From assembly GCA_045653945.1 (NCBI GenBank), contig JAZOML010000016.1, positions 12,344 to 76,343 of the forward strand: a stretch of DNA of 64,000 nucleotides. Reading direction: 5' to 3'. The translations under genes were made by a program, and so were the position numbers. The notes under the pieces are model-generated. The model saw only the letters and a list, made by a program, of their open reading frames with translations, had not been told where the DNA came from and did no database searches. Numbering within the stretch: the stretch's first letter is position 1; every line of letters begins with the position of its first letter. Positions 38,542 through 48,112 of the stretch are shown in pieces. This stretch comes from Eubacteriales bacterium. GTDB taxonomy: Bacteria; Bacillota; Clostridia; Oscillospirales; CAG-272.

Positions 38542-38570
38542 ATTATATCATAAAGATATTATTTTGTAAA
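38542..38570 (-). promoter_or_regulatory. Sigma-A promoter of nifJ
   Basis: TTTACA-17 nt-TATAAT with TG extension. Confidence 0.6.
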
Positions 38571-38658
38571 GACATTTTGTGAATTTTTTTAATATACGAA
38601 TATTTTCCGTGAAATTGTGGAAATTTAAATGTACTGTCTAAGGATTGGTGGTGCTTGT

Positions 38659-39294
38659 TTGCTAAATATTTTACTTCGAACCGTTATAGTTTACACCTTG
38701 CTTATTATAGCGATGCGAATAGGCGGTAAAAGACAAATAGGCGAGCTGCAGCTTTCCGAGCTTGTTTCCGCCTTACTTCTTTCCGAGCTTGCCGCAATGC
38801 CGATAGGACACGAGGAAATTCCTCTGACCTTTGCGCTCATACCTATAATAACCGTTATTTGTGTTGAAATCATCACAGCCTTTGCCGTTACCAAAAGCAA
38901 GACCTTGCGTAAAATTTTCGACGGAAAACCGAGTGTGATAATAGGAAACGGCGTTTTGAATTTTAAGGAAATGGAACGCCTGCGCCTGAGCATAGAGGAG
39001 CTTATCGTCGAGGCACGTCTAAAAGGGATTGCCGATATTTCCGAGCTTAGCTATGCTATCTTAGAGGATAACGGTGAGCTTTCGGTGTTCAAAAAAAGCG
39101 AAACTCAGGGCGGTATCGCTCACGTAATTATTGTCGACGGTGAAATAAATACCAAAGGGCTCGACACCGTAAAAATGTCAAAAAACGCCCTGCGTACCCG
39201 CCTAAAAGCGAAAAACATCGCGCTTTGCGACGTCTTTTTGTATACTGTTGATGATAGCGGAAAGGAATTTTTAATCAAAAAAGAGGGTAAATAA
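38659..39294 (+). CDS. DUF421 (YetF-like) membrane protein
   Basis: MRIGGKRQIGELQLSELV, GKPSVIIGNG, AILEDNGELSVF. TTG start at 38659 inferred from the RBS. Confidence 0.85.
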   Translation: MLNILLRTVIVYTLLIIAMRIGGKRQIGELQLSELVSALLLSELAAMPIGHEEIPLTFALIPIITVICVEIITAFAVTKSKTLRKIFDGKPSVIIGNGVLNFKEMERLRLSIEELIVEARLKGIADISELSYAILEDNGELSVFKKSETQGGIAHVIIVDGEINTKGLDTVKMSKNALRTRLKAKNIALCDVFLYTVDDSGKEFLIKKEGK

Positions 39295-39296
39295 TA

Positions 39297-39626
39297 ATGA
39301 AAGCTTTCGTGATTGCTATAATAACCCTTACATTGCTTGTTTCAGGCTGCATAGCAAACGACGCATACTGTCATAGCGTTTGCAAGGATATCACCTATGC
39401 AGTACAAAACGAGGGGGACGTAGGTGCAAAAAAGGCACTTGACACCTTCAGGAAAAACGAATTTTTATTCAAATGCTCCGTCGATAACGGCTACGTAAAC
39501 GAGGCACGCGTGAGCCTCGAAAGCCTTACAGTTGCCTATGACTTGCAGGACACTTACGAAATTCAAAGATACGCAGCCGATAGCATCATACGTGTAAACC
39601 GAATTAAAACCTCACTGTTTATTTAG
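39297..39626 (+). CDS. DUF4363-like small secreted/membrane protein
   Basis: 109 aa with N-terminal TM; conserved partner of DUF421 in Clostridia. Confidence 0.55.
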   Translation: MKAFVIAIITLTLLVSGCIANDAYCHSVCKDITYAVQNEGDVGAKKALDTFRKNEFLFKCSVDNGYVNEARVSLESLTVAYDLQDTYEIQRYAADSIIRVNRIKTSLFI

Positions 39627-39627
39627 C

Positions 39628-39660
39628 AAAAAAGAGGCTTCAAACTGAAGCCTCTTTTTT
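39628..39660. terminator. Bidirectional terminator
   Basis: A6-GAGGCTTCA-aac-TGAAGCCTC-T6. Confidence 0.85.
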
Positions 39661-40295
39661 TATTTGAATTCCGTTCTGTCAGCTCTTTCCCAGCCGACTC
39701 TTTTAATGGAGTAATCAACGTCCCCAAGTGAAAGCTTACTTGCCAGACCTTTGCAAAACAGGTCGGGATTAAGATAACACTCTCCCATTGCGTAAAGCGT
39801 ACATTTTATCACACCGTCCTCTAAAATTGCGTCTGCAACCATCGGAAGAATATCAATAACCCTTTCTGCGCCCGATTTGGTGCGTTTTGTTATCTCCATT
39901 TCACCGCACATAGCCCTGTCGAGCATTTCGTTTGTTATTTCAAAGCCGCTTATCTCGTAATTTGCAAAGAAAATCTCGGTAAATTTTTCACTTGGCGTAT
40001 ACACGTCAAGGACTGCAAGCTCAGGCGCAAGCGCACGGTTAAGCCTTTCCTTTATTTCATCAAAGGACATAAGCTCGGTTATCTTTATATCAAGATACTC
40101 GCAGGTGCTCTCGGCAAAAAGCGGAAGCGGCTGAGTAAACACCATTTTGGGGTGAGGGTTAAAGGCCTCGGTGTACCAAATCGGTATCCCCGCCCGAATC
40201 ATAGCAGGCGTCATAGCTCTGCAAAGGTCAAGATGCGAAACGTAACGCAGTCTGCCTATCTTTTGAAACTTTATTCTGATATTTTCGGGCACCAC
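39660..40295 (-). CDS. TIGR03936/DUF2344 radical-SAM-associated protein
   Basis: RIKFQKIGRLRYVSHLDL, YTEAFNPHPKM, EYLDI. Confidence 0.85.
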   Translation of the reverse strand: MVPENIRIKFQKIGRLRYVSHLDLCRAMTPAMIRAGIPIWYTEAFNPHPKMVFTQPLPLFAESTCEYLDIKITELMSFDEIKERLNRALAPELAVLDVYTPSEKFTEIFFANYEISGFEITNEMLDRAMCGEMEITKRTKSGAERVIDILPMVADAILEDGVIKCTLYAMGECYLNPDLFCKGLASKLSLGDVDYSIKRVGWERADRTEFK

Positions 40296-42118
40296 GCCGT
40301 AACACCTCCCAGCTTATTTGCTCCGCAGCCTGCACACTTTTCACGGCAGCTTGGTGTTGCTACCGCATTTCTTGATTTTTCATACTCTCTTTTAAGGAAT
40401 TCCTTCGTTACTCCGATATCGATTATATCCCACGGAAGCACCTCGTCAAGCGACATTTTTCTATTGGCGTAGAAGCCCATATCAATTCCCGCATCGGCAA
40501 AGCACTTCTCCCACTTTGTATAGCTGAAATGCTCATCCCAAGCGTCAAAATGCATACCGCTTTCAAACGCCTTTAAAAGAACCGCCGAGAGCCTTCTGTC
40601 GCCTCTTGCAAGAGCCGCCTCGATACGGGAGCCCTTTGCATCGTGATAGTTGTACTTTACGCACTTGTCGGTAATTTTAGAGCGCAAATACTGTTGCTTT
40701 TTATCAAGCTCCTCAAGTGTGTCCTGCGCATCCCACTGAAACGCCGTAAACGGCTTTGGAATAAAGCAGGCGCAGGAAAGAGTTACCGTAGGACGTCCTT
40801 TGGGACGGTTGGGCGTTTGATAAAACTGCTTAACCACCGTTTGACCAAGACCTGCAATTCCGTCTATATCCTCATACGTTTCGGTAGGAAGTCCCATTAT
40901 AAAATAGAGCTTAACACCCGTTTTTCCGCCGCCAAACGCAAGTGAGCAGGCACGGAGAATTTCCTCCTCGGTAACGTTTTTGTTTATCGCATCGCGAAGA
41001 CGCGGCGTACCCGCCTCAGGCGCAAAGGTAAGACCGCTTTGACGAACAGAGGAAATTCTGTCCATCAGCTCCTTTGAAAAGGTGTCGGCTCTGAGCGAGG
41101 GAAGTGAAAGGCTGACGCTTTTATCATCAGTCCACTCAAGCAGCATTTCGGTAAGAGAGGAAATATGACGGTAATCGCTTATTGAAAGCGAAAGCAGTGA
41201 AACCTCGTCATATCCCGTATTTTCAAACAGACACTTAACCTGCTCGTTTACCTTTTCGGGCGACTTCTCTCTTATAGGACGGTAAATCATACCCGCCTGA
41301 CAAAAACGGCACCCACGTATGCAGCCTCGGTAAACCTCCTCGGTAATTCTATCGTGCACCGTTTCTATGTACGGCATTATGAATTTGTCGGGATATGGGG
41401 CTTTATCCATATCCTTTATGATGCGTTTCTTAACCTTTGACGGCACGTCGGGATATTTTGGGGTGTACGCCTTTATCGTGCCGTCGTCATTGTAGCTAAC
41501 CTCATATAGCGAAGGAACGTAAAATCCCTCAATATGCGAAAGCTCACGCAAAAAAGCCTCTTTTGTATAAACGCCGCTTTTCTTCATATCAATATAAAGC
41601 GACACCATTTCGGGCAGAGCCTCCTCGCCCTCGCCTATCGAAAAGACGTCGAAAAAGTCCGCAAGCGGCTCGGCGTTATAGGTACAAGGGCCACCGCCGA
41701 CAATTATCGGGAAGCTCTCATCTCTATCCCTTGCAAGAAGTGGAATTTCGGCAAGATGCAGCGCCTCAAGAACGTTTGTGTAGCAAAGCTCATACTGAAG
41801 TGTAATGCCCATAAAGTCAAAGTCCTTAACAGGCTCAAGACTTTCAAGTGCATAAAGCGGAATACCGTTTGCTTTCATCTCCTCTGCCATATCGGGCATA
41901 GGTGAGAAAACCCTCTCGCACCATACGTTTTCCATTGAATTTAATGCGTGATAAAGCAAACGCATACCAAGATTTGACATACCAATCTCATAAGCGTCGG
42001 GGAATAAAAACGCAAAACGTGCGTCGATTTTTTCCTTATTCTTTACCACCTGACCGTACTCGCCGCCGGTGTATCTTCCGGGCTTAAGTACCTTTTTTAA
42101 AATCTTTGAAAGCTCCAT
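40271..42118 (-). CDS. TIGR03960-family B12-binding radical SAM protein
   Basis: KPGRYTGGE, PDAYEIGMSNLG, LQYELCYTN, CIRGCRFC, TFAPEAG, PKPFTAFQW. Confidence 0.9.
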   Translation of the reverse strand: MELSKILKKVLKPGRYTGGEYGQVVKNKEKIDARFAFLFPDAYEIGMSNLGMRLLYHALNSMENVWCERVFSPMPDMAEEMKANGIPLYALESLEPVKDFDFMGITLQYELCYTNVLEALHLAEIPLLARDRDESFPIIVGGGPCTYNAEPLADFFDVFSIGEGEEALPEMVSLYIDMKKSGVYTKEAFLRELSHIEGFYVPSLYEVSYNDDGTIKAYTPKYPDVPSKVKKRIIKDMDKAPYPDKFIMPYIETVHDRITEEVYRGCIRGCRFCQAGMIYRPIREKSPEKVNEQVKCLFENTGYDEVSLLSLSISDYRHISSLTEMLLEWTDDKSVSLSLPSLRADTFSKELMDRISSVRQSGLTFAPEAGTPRLRDAINKNVTEEEILRACSLAFGGGKTGVKLYFIMGLPTETYEDIDGIAGLGQTVVKQFYQTPNRPKGRPTVTLSCACFIPKPFTAFQWDAQDTLEELDKKQQYLRSKITDKCVKYNYHDAKGSRIEAALARGDRRLSAVLLKAFESGMHFDAWDEHFSYTKWEKCFADAGIDMGFYANRKMSLDEVLPWDIIDIGVTKEFLKREYEKSRNAVATPSCREKCAGCGANKLGGVTAWCPKISE

Positions 42119-42142
42119 TTTTACCCTTTAATAGTGTAACTT

Positions 42143-42175
42143 CCGTATAAAGCCAAGACCTTATACGGAAGTTTT
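42143..42175. other. Intercistronic hairpin
   Basis: Arms AACTTCCGTATAA / TTATACGGAAGTT with a 10-nt loop between two co-oriented genes; coordinates approximate. Confidence 0.55.
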
Positions 42176-42180
42176 ATCCT

Positions 42181-45100
42181 TTATTTTTTCTTGATTTTTG
42201 TTTTAGTATCTATTGCGCTTCTTCTTGAAAACAGGAAGGCTATAAGCGAAAGTCCTCCGTGAAGTCCAAGCGCAAGTAAGGACGAAAATCCAAAGTTAAC
42301 CCCGATAGCCGAGGTAAGCAGAGATGCGAATACTCCTATGGCACACGCAATACAAGCAAAGAAAGATGCCACACGTACAAGCTTTTTCTGACGCTTGTAT
42401 TCAAGAAGTGCGGTAAGAAGTCCCTTTGCACCGCTGACCGAGGCAAGTCTGCCCTCGCGGTCCGTTTGTGCAGGACTTATATCGTCGCCCGCCTTATATT
42501 TTACTACGCGTAAAAGGTCAGGCTCAAGCCCTGTTGTATAGAAAACAAGCTCTTTGTCGATACAAGGATTGCAGGTTTTCAGTGAAAACACTGTATTAGT
42601 ATTACGGAGCTCCGCTATCCTTTGAACAAGCACCGCGTCTGGTTTAAAGATAAGGATAAGACGTGCAAAGAATACGCCGTCATCGGCTATATACATAACC
42701 CTGCCGTTTTTAGGAAGAAGCTTATCGTATCTTGAAATTCTGATTCCAAGTCGTTGCATAAAGCTCTCATTTCCTGCGCAAATCGGCCTACCGTCAATTT
42801 TTGCCTGAATACCGTGCTCACTTATCTCAGTTATACGGATGCTCTCGAAATTATCCACCGTTCCCTCGACGTTATTAAATACCGCCGCAATAGGTCCGCC
42901 TATCTTTTTTACAAGCGCCAGTGTTCTGGCAAGATGCGCCTCAACTCTGTCGGAATATATTTCAAGATTAGAGGAGCTGAGCAGATTTGCAGGGAAAAGC
43001 TCTCCGTCCTCAATCATAAAGACGTTGTCCTCCGCTTCGTCCTCGCCGTCATCATACTTTATGATAGCGCCGCCCTGCTCTGCCGACACAACGGAGGCGC
43101 GGAGTCTGGGAAGCGATACGGCAAGAAACGCGCTTACGGGAGATGCAAACGACACAAGACTGATAGCCGAAATCACGCCGTAAATAACGTCATTGCGTAA
43201 AAATCCGAATACCACTCCAGCTATAACCGAAGCAAACACCGTTAAAAGAACTAGTCTGCGTAAAAGTCCAAAGCAATCGTCTCGAACAACCGTATCCGAG
43301 TAACAACCGTCGATTCTTGAGGTTCTGTTCATCTTATAAAGAGATGCATTTTCGTCAACGTACTCACCAAACGCCTTACCCTCGGCTGTGTTTCTGAAAT
43401 CAGCCATTTCAACGTCCGTAAGATAGTCGCCATATGACGAGGCAACGGTAAACGTTGCGTAATCACGCTTTACCGTATTGTATCTGTAAAGCGCCGTAAG
43501 GACAATGGAAGCGGCGGCGGCAGTACCAAATAGCATAGTATATACAGAGCTATTTACTGCAAATGAGATAACTATATGATAAATAATGCTCGGAATAACC
43601 ACACAAGCGGTAAGCGACTCTAATATAAACTCACCCGAAATCATACGCTTGATTCCATCGCGCAATGCGTCAAATATCATTATTGCGCCAACGGTAAGCA
43701 GGAGCGCCTCAATTATACCAAATAAGGTCGGCCCGACTTTCATAAGCAGTGCATCGGGATTATCCGCAAAGAATATTCCAATATTTTCAATAATAACAAT
43801 AGCAAGTAAAATCAGCGATGAGAACATAAGACGCTTACCCGAAACACGAAGTCTTTCAAGCATCTGCGCGCTTCTCTTTTCCTCGCGCTCGTTACAATGC
43901 TGTATTTCGCGGTTTTTGTACCCTTCGGTATTCTTACCGCCGTTTCTTCCGTCCTCGAAAAGTGGTAAACGCTCACTTTCCGCAAACTTATACCCGGAGC
44001 TTGACGTTTTTTCTGCCGCAGACGGACGCAAAACGTTTTCCTTTGCTATACGCATAGGCGGTATAACAAGACCGTCGCAGAAATCCATATACTTCTTTTT
44101 AGCATTATAAAGCTCTCTGTCCGAATCGTCCCACACGTCAGTTCGCACGTCAATTTCATCAGTGCCGCTATCTGCCTGTGCATCGTTTTCGACTTGCATA
44201 GCCTCAAGCTCAAGCGCATTTTTTTCAAGCTCAGTTAACTGCTCAGGCGGTATTTCCTCAACGGGCGGCTGTTCAAGCTCATCACTGTCAGTCGTATCAG
44301 ATACGTTTTCAGACTCAAAGACGGGCATTTCTTCCTCGTTCTCCTCGTCATCATCTGCTTCATCATCGGAATCTTCAGCCGAAAAACTGTCGCCAAAGAA
44401 AATCTGCTCCGGTTCTTCGTCATAATAATCATCATCTGCATCGAGGAAGGTAATCTGCACACCCGATGAGGTAAGCTCGTCGCTTCTGGTGTGCTCAGAC
44501 TTCCCGTTCTCCTCAGGCAAATCTATTCCGCCGAATACCACCTGCTCAGGCTCATCACACTCACTTGGTATAACTTTAATTTCCTCGGCTACCTCGGGCA
44601 CAAATTCGACCTCTGCAACCTCTTCAACCTCAGCTGCCTCGGGTACAAATTCAACCTCTTCAACCTCTTCGACCTCAGCTGCCTCGGATACAAATTCAAC
44701 CTCTTCAACCTCTTCGACCTCAGTTGCCTCGGATACAAATTCAACCTCTTCAACCTCTTCGACCTCAGCTGCCTCGGGTACAACTTTTTCAGCCACCTCA
44801 AGCGTTTCAGCCTTTGGTTCTCTTGCCTCAGCATCAATAAATGCTATTCCAACGTTTCCAGAAACGCCAAACTTTTCGCGAAGCTCACCCGCCAGCTCCT
44901 CCTCCTCAGGGGTAAGCGGCTCGGGTTCGGGAACAAGCACGTCGTCAAACGCTATCTCGTCAAACTCAAAAAGCGCCTCATCATCGGGCAAGGCTCTGTT
45001 TTTTTCCTTTTTAGGTTGTACGGGGGTATGCGCAATATCGTTTTTGGGTTCAACAAAAGACGGTGCAAGCTTATTTGCATCCGCTTTGTTGTCGGAAACA

Positions 45101-45189
45101 CCCTGCTCCGTTTTATCGGTAGTAGGAGTGCTGCGAATATATTTTTTCATCTTACTTAGCATTTCGGATGCTTTATTCTTTTCTTCCAC
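42181..45189 (-). CDS. 1002-aa membrane protein: acidic repeat N-terminus plus degenerate P1B-type ATPase-like C-terminus
   Basis: ASPVSAFLAVSLP (~CPCALGLATP), GGAIIK, EHGIQAKIDGRPICAGN, MYIADDG. No DKTGT. Confidence 0.7.
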   Translation of the reverse strand: MEEKNKASEMLSKMKKYIRSTPTTDKTEQGVSDNKADANKLAPSFVEPKNDIAHTPVQPKKEKNRALPDDEALFEFDEIAFDDVLVPEPEPLTPEEEELAGELREKFGVSGNVGIAFIDAEAREPKAETLEVAEKVVPEAAEVEEVEEVEFVSEATEVEEVEEVEFVSEAAEVEEVEEVEFVPEAAEVEEVAEVEFVPEVAEEIKVIPSECDEPEQVVFGGIDLPEENGKSEHTRSDELTSSGVQITFLDADDDYYDEEPEQIFFGDSFSAEDSDDEADDDEENEEEMPVFESENVSDTTDSDELEQPPVEEIPPEQLTELEKNALELEAMQVENDAQADSGTDEIDVRTDVWDDSDRELYNAKKKYMDFCDGLVIPPMRIAKENVLRPSAAEKTSSSGYKFAESERLPLFEDGRNGGKNTEGYKNREIQHCNEREEKRSAQMLERLRVSGKRLMFSSLILLAIVIIENIGIFFADNPDALLMKVGPTLFGIIEALLLTVGAIMIFDALRDGIKRMISGEFILESLTACVVIPSIIYHIVISFAVNSSVYTMLFGTAAAASIVLTALYRYNTVKRDYATFTVASSYGDYLTDVEMADFRNTAEGKAFGEYVDENASLYKMNRTSRIDGCYSDTVVRDDCFGLLRRLVLLTVFASVIAGVVFGFLRNDVIYGVISAISLVSFASPVSAFLAVSLPRLRASVVSAEQGGAIIKYDDGEDEAEDNVFMIEDGELFPANLLSSSNLEIYSDRVEAHLARTLALVKKIGGPIAAVFNNVEGTVDNFESIRITEISEHGIQAKIDGRPICAGNESFMQRLGIRISRYDKLLPKNGRVMYIADDGVFFARLILIFKPDAVLVQRIAELRNTNTVFSLKTCNPCIDKELVFYTTGLEPDLLRVVKYKAGDDISPAQTDREGRLASVSGAKGLLTALLEYKRQKKLVRVASFFACIACAIGVFASLLTSAIGVNFGFSSLLALGLHGGLSLIAFLFSRRSAIDTKTKIKKK
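44593..44782 (-). repeat. Coding tandem repeat, 45 bp x ~4 (EAAEVEEVEEVEFVS/P)
   Basis: ACAAATTC recurs at 44600, 44645, 44690 and 44735, with a degenerate copy at 44780. Confidence 0.9.
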
Positions 45190-45233
45190 TCTCTTGCCAT
45201 CCTTTCGTACGAATTTTTAAATATGCTATCCAC

Positions 45234-45983
45234 TCAGTTAAAAAAGCGCCTTGCGTGAAACAGTATTACCGCCCCCGCAGAGGATACGTTGAGGGAATTA
45301 ACCCTTCCCTTCATCGGTATTGATAGCACGAAATCGCTCTTTTCTCTAATCAGTCTTGATACACCCTGTCCCTCAGAACCAAGAACAAACGCAGCGGGGG
45401 TTACTATATCTACCGTATCAATATCCTGACCGTCAGCCTCCGCAGCATATATCCAGATGCCCTTTTTCTTTAGGTCATCAACCGTAGTACCAAGATTTGT
45501 TACCTTGGCTACAAGCATATGCTCAATAGCTCCTGCCGATGCCTTTGCGACTGTGGCATTAAGCGTAACGCTTCTTCTTTTCGGAATAATTATTCCGTGG
45601 CAGCCTGCCGCCTCAGCGCATCTGATAAGCGCCCCTAGGTTGTGAGGGTCATTAATGCCGTCCGCAATAAGTATAAACGGTTCCTCGTTTTTGCTTTTTG
45701 CGTATGCAATTATATCATCGACTGAGCAATATTCCTTTTCGGCGGCAAAGGCGATTATTCCCTGATGCGCCATACCGCACGCCATTTTATCAAGCTTTGC
45801 CTTTGCGCAGGTTACGATTGGTATACCCTTTTCCTTAGCTAATGCTACGATTTCCTTGATTGAGCCTTCCCAAACGCCGTCCTTTACAAATATTTTATCA
45901 ACGGCGCGTCCGCTTTTTATAAGCTCGCTGACGGCGTTTCTGCCTACAACGGCATTTTCTGATATTTCATTTTTCTCACTCAT
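45234..45983 (-). CDS. rlmB: 23S rRNA G2251 2'-O-methyltransferase (TrmH/SpoU family)
   Basis: HQGIIA, DGINDPHNLGALIRCAE, VLGSEGQG, IPMKGRVNSLNVS. Confidence 0.93.
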   Translation of the reverse strand: MSEKNEISENAVVGRNAVSELIKSGRAVDKIFVKDGVWEGSIKEIVALAKEKGIPIVTCAKAKLDKMACGMAHQGIIAFAAEKEYCSVDDIIAYAKSKNEEPFILIADGINDPHNLGALIRCAEAAGCHGIIIPKRRSVTLNATVAKASAGAIEHMLVAKVTNLGTTVDDLKKKGIWIYAAEADGQDIDTVDIVTPAAFVLGSEGQGVSRLIREKSDFVLSIPMKGRVNSLNVSSAGAVILFHARRFFN

Positions 45984-46089
45984 AAAAGCTTATACCGCCC
46001 CCATAATATACTATTATTTTAATTATAGCATATATTTTCAAATTTGTATAGTACTTTTTTCATAGTTTTTTAAATTTTTTATAAACGAG

Positions 46090-46120
46090 AAAAAGCGCGA
46101 GTCGTTTCAGACTCGCGCTT
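46090..46120 (-). terminator. Intrinsic terminator after the zinc-ribbon gene
   Basis: GCGCGAGTC-6 nt-GACTCGCGC with a T5 tract on the minus strand. Confidence 0.75.
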
Positions 46121-46209
46121 AGACCTTGTACAGACCGAAAATAATATAGAAGTGTCCCGCCTCATTTATAATTGTATGTACAAATTAAGACCGCTGTGCG
46201 TACCTTGAA

Positions 46210-46485
46210 TTAGCCGTTTTTAGCCGCTGCAAAGCATGCGCTGCAAAGAACAGGCTTATCACCGGTAGGCTGGAAGGGAACTCTAGCCTCTCCGCCGCAC
46301 TGTGTGCAGGTAGTGGTGAAATATTCTCTCTGGGGCTTGGCCGCATTCTTTCTCTTATCGCGACATGCCTTGCATCTCTGGGGCTCGTTCTGGAAGCCCT
46401 TCTCCGCATAAAATTCCTGCTCGCCTGCAGTGAAAACGAACTCCTCGCCGCAATCCTTGCAAACTAATGTCTTGTCCTCGTACAT
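46210..46485 (-). CDS. Zinc-ribbon / CxxC-x17-CxxC domain protein
   Basis: DKTLVCKDCGEEFVFTAGEQEFYAEKGF.NEPQRCKAC and CTQCG...PVLCSAC. Confidence 0.88.
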   Translation of the reverse strand: MYEDKTLVCKDCGEEFVFTAGEQEFYAEKGFQNEPQRCKACRDKRKNAAKPQREYFTTTCTQCGGEARVPFQPTGDKPVLCSACFAAAKNG

Positions 46486-46601
46486 TATTGTTACCTCGCT
46501 TTGAAATATTATATGTTCCCCCTTGACGGACTTAAACCGCCATCCTCGTGCGCTTGGACGGGCGCACGCCGTTTTTATTAAACCATCGGGGTATTTAAAA
46601 C

Positions 46602-47156
46602 TTATTTTTTCGCCTTAAAATGAGCCTTTATCTTTGCTTTGGCTCTTGCTATTGCATTAGCAACGCTTTTAACGCTTTTGCCGAGTGTTGTCGCTATATC
46701 GCCATAGCTCATATTGTCAAGATACATCAAGAAAGCCTTCTTTTCATACGGGCTTGTAAGCTTATCAAAAAGCTTTTGCAGACTATCGGTATCATCAGAG
46801 TAAAAAACGCCTCTCATACCTTGCTCTCGCCCTGTGTTAGCTTGGGGACGTGAAGCAATTTTCGCCTGTCTTTTTCTCGCCGTACGCAGCTTTCTAAGAT
46901 AGGAAATCAATCTATTGTGTATGCAAATTTTAGCATATAGTCCAAACGTTACCTCTCCCTCTTTATACGACATCGCCGCATCGTAAAGAGCGAGTCTGCT
47001 TTCCTGCTTTATTTCCTCAGCCTCGCCCGAAAAATCGGGAAATTTTGAAAGGACAGAAACACATTCAGACTCAATAAGCGGAGCATAGCTTTCAAGCAGC
47101 TGCTCAAAGGCAAGCCTGTCGCCGTTTTTAACTGCCAAAATCAAGCTAGCTGACAT
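46602..47156 (-). CDS. Sigma-70-family (SigH-like) sigma factor
   Basis: GDRLAFEQLL, EEIKQESRLALYDAA..Y, TFGLYAKICIHNRLISYLR, region 4 SYGDIA..LGKSVKSVANAIARAKAKI. Confidence 0.8.
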   Translation of the reverse strand: MSASLILAVKNGDRLAFEQLLESYAPLIESECVSVLSKFPDFSGEAEEIKQESRLALYDAAMSYKEGEVTFGLYAKICIHNRLISYLRKLRTARKRQAKIASRPQANTGREQGMRGVFYSDDTDSLQKLFDKLTSPYEKKAFLMYLDNMSYGDIATTLGKSVKSVANAIARAKAKIKAHFKAKK

Positions 47157-47481
47157 TTACTTCCCTTTCATTAAAAAAATACCCCGTCCTAAAACTTACC
47201 CAAATACCCGAAGCTTTAAAAACAGAGGCTATAAACAGTCGTTTTATATGCATACAATTATATTAGTTTACACCATTATACATCAAATTTACAAATATGT
47301 CAATAGATATTTTAAAAAAATTAAAAAACAATAAAGAGCGTTCGTCATTTTCAACAAAAAACGCCCCTTATTCATTATTTATTTTTATCAAAGTTTTTTA
47401 CATATTTTTATTAAATTCGCTTTTTAAATGTGAATATTCACTAACAAATTTTAAAAAATTTTATTTATATTTACTACAATA

Positions 47482-48021
47482 TTAAAGCAGGTAATTAATC
47501 TCACCTGTCAGTACCGCCATAAGTCCCTTGAAAACGGTTTCCGGTCTGTTTTCAAAGTTATGAAGCATTTTTTCAAGCGTATGTCTGCTATCGATAGTAA
47601 CAGTGATGCGCATTATCTCGACCTTGCGTTCAAGAATAAAGCAGATAAACTCATACTTTCCATTCGATAGCGGAGTATAATCGCAGCCCGTTTTCCAGCC
47701 TTTCTTTTGAAAATCAAGGAATCTCACCGCACTTTTCAAGCTTCGTTCTCTGATATACGGACGAATATCGGTTTGCAGACTATCCGCAACCATTTTTCCC
47801 TGCTCTGTTATCTGGTAAAGCATCTTTTCTCCGTCGTTTATCTTCTCGATGTTACCCGCATCTATAAGCTCGGGAAAGCACTCTGCAAAATCAAAGTATC
47901 CGACTACCTCGTCCTGAAGCACAACGTCGCTGACGTTATCTAGTTCAAGAGGATAACCGATGTTGCGGAGCAGATACAAAATAAATACCTTAATATCGTT
48001 TTTTTCTGTTAGCTGTTGCAT
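47482..48021 (-). CDS. DUF4364-family protein
   Basis: DIKVFILYLL, YFDFAECFPELID, YQITEQG, winged-helix pattern. Confidence 0.75.
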   Translation of the reverse strand: MQQLTEKNDIKVFILYLLRNIGYPLELDNVSDVVLQDEVVGYFDFAECFPELIDAGNIEKINDGEKMLYQITEQGKMVADSLQTDIRPYIRERSLKSAVRFLDFQKKGWKTGCDYTPLSNGKYEFICFILERKVEIMRITVTIDSRHTLEKMLHNFENRPETVFKGLMAVLTGEINYLL

Positions 48022-48047
48022 TTTTTCACCATTTATTATTAAGAATA

Positions 48048-48083
48048 CAAAAGAGGTCTATGTGTTTTCATAAACCTCTTTTG
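48048..48083 (-). terminator. Intrinsic terminator after the OppA-like gene
   Basis: CAAAAGAGGTCTATG / CATAAACCTCTTTTG imperfect stem. Confidence 0.65.
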
Positions 48084-48112
48084 ATTTTGAAATTTAAACC
48101 TGACTAAGATTA

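Noticed and set aside
38577-38595. Rex operator upstream of nifJ
   Set aside because: Only the left half TTGTGAA fits; the right half and spacing are poor in AT-rich DNA.
44162-45220. Repetitive alternative-frame ORFs (44489-45220, 44491-45159, 44589-44837)
   Set aside because: By-products of the 45-bp coding repeat in the 1002-aa gene.
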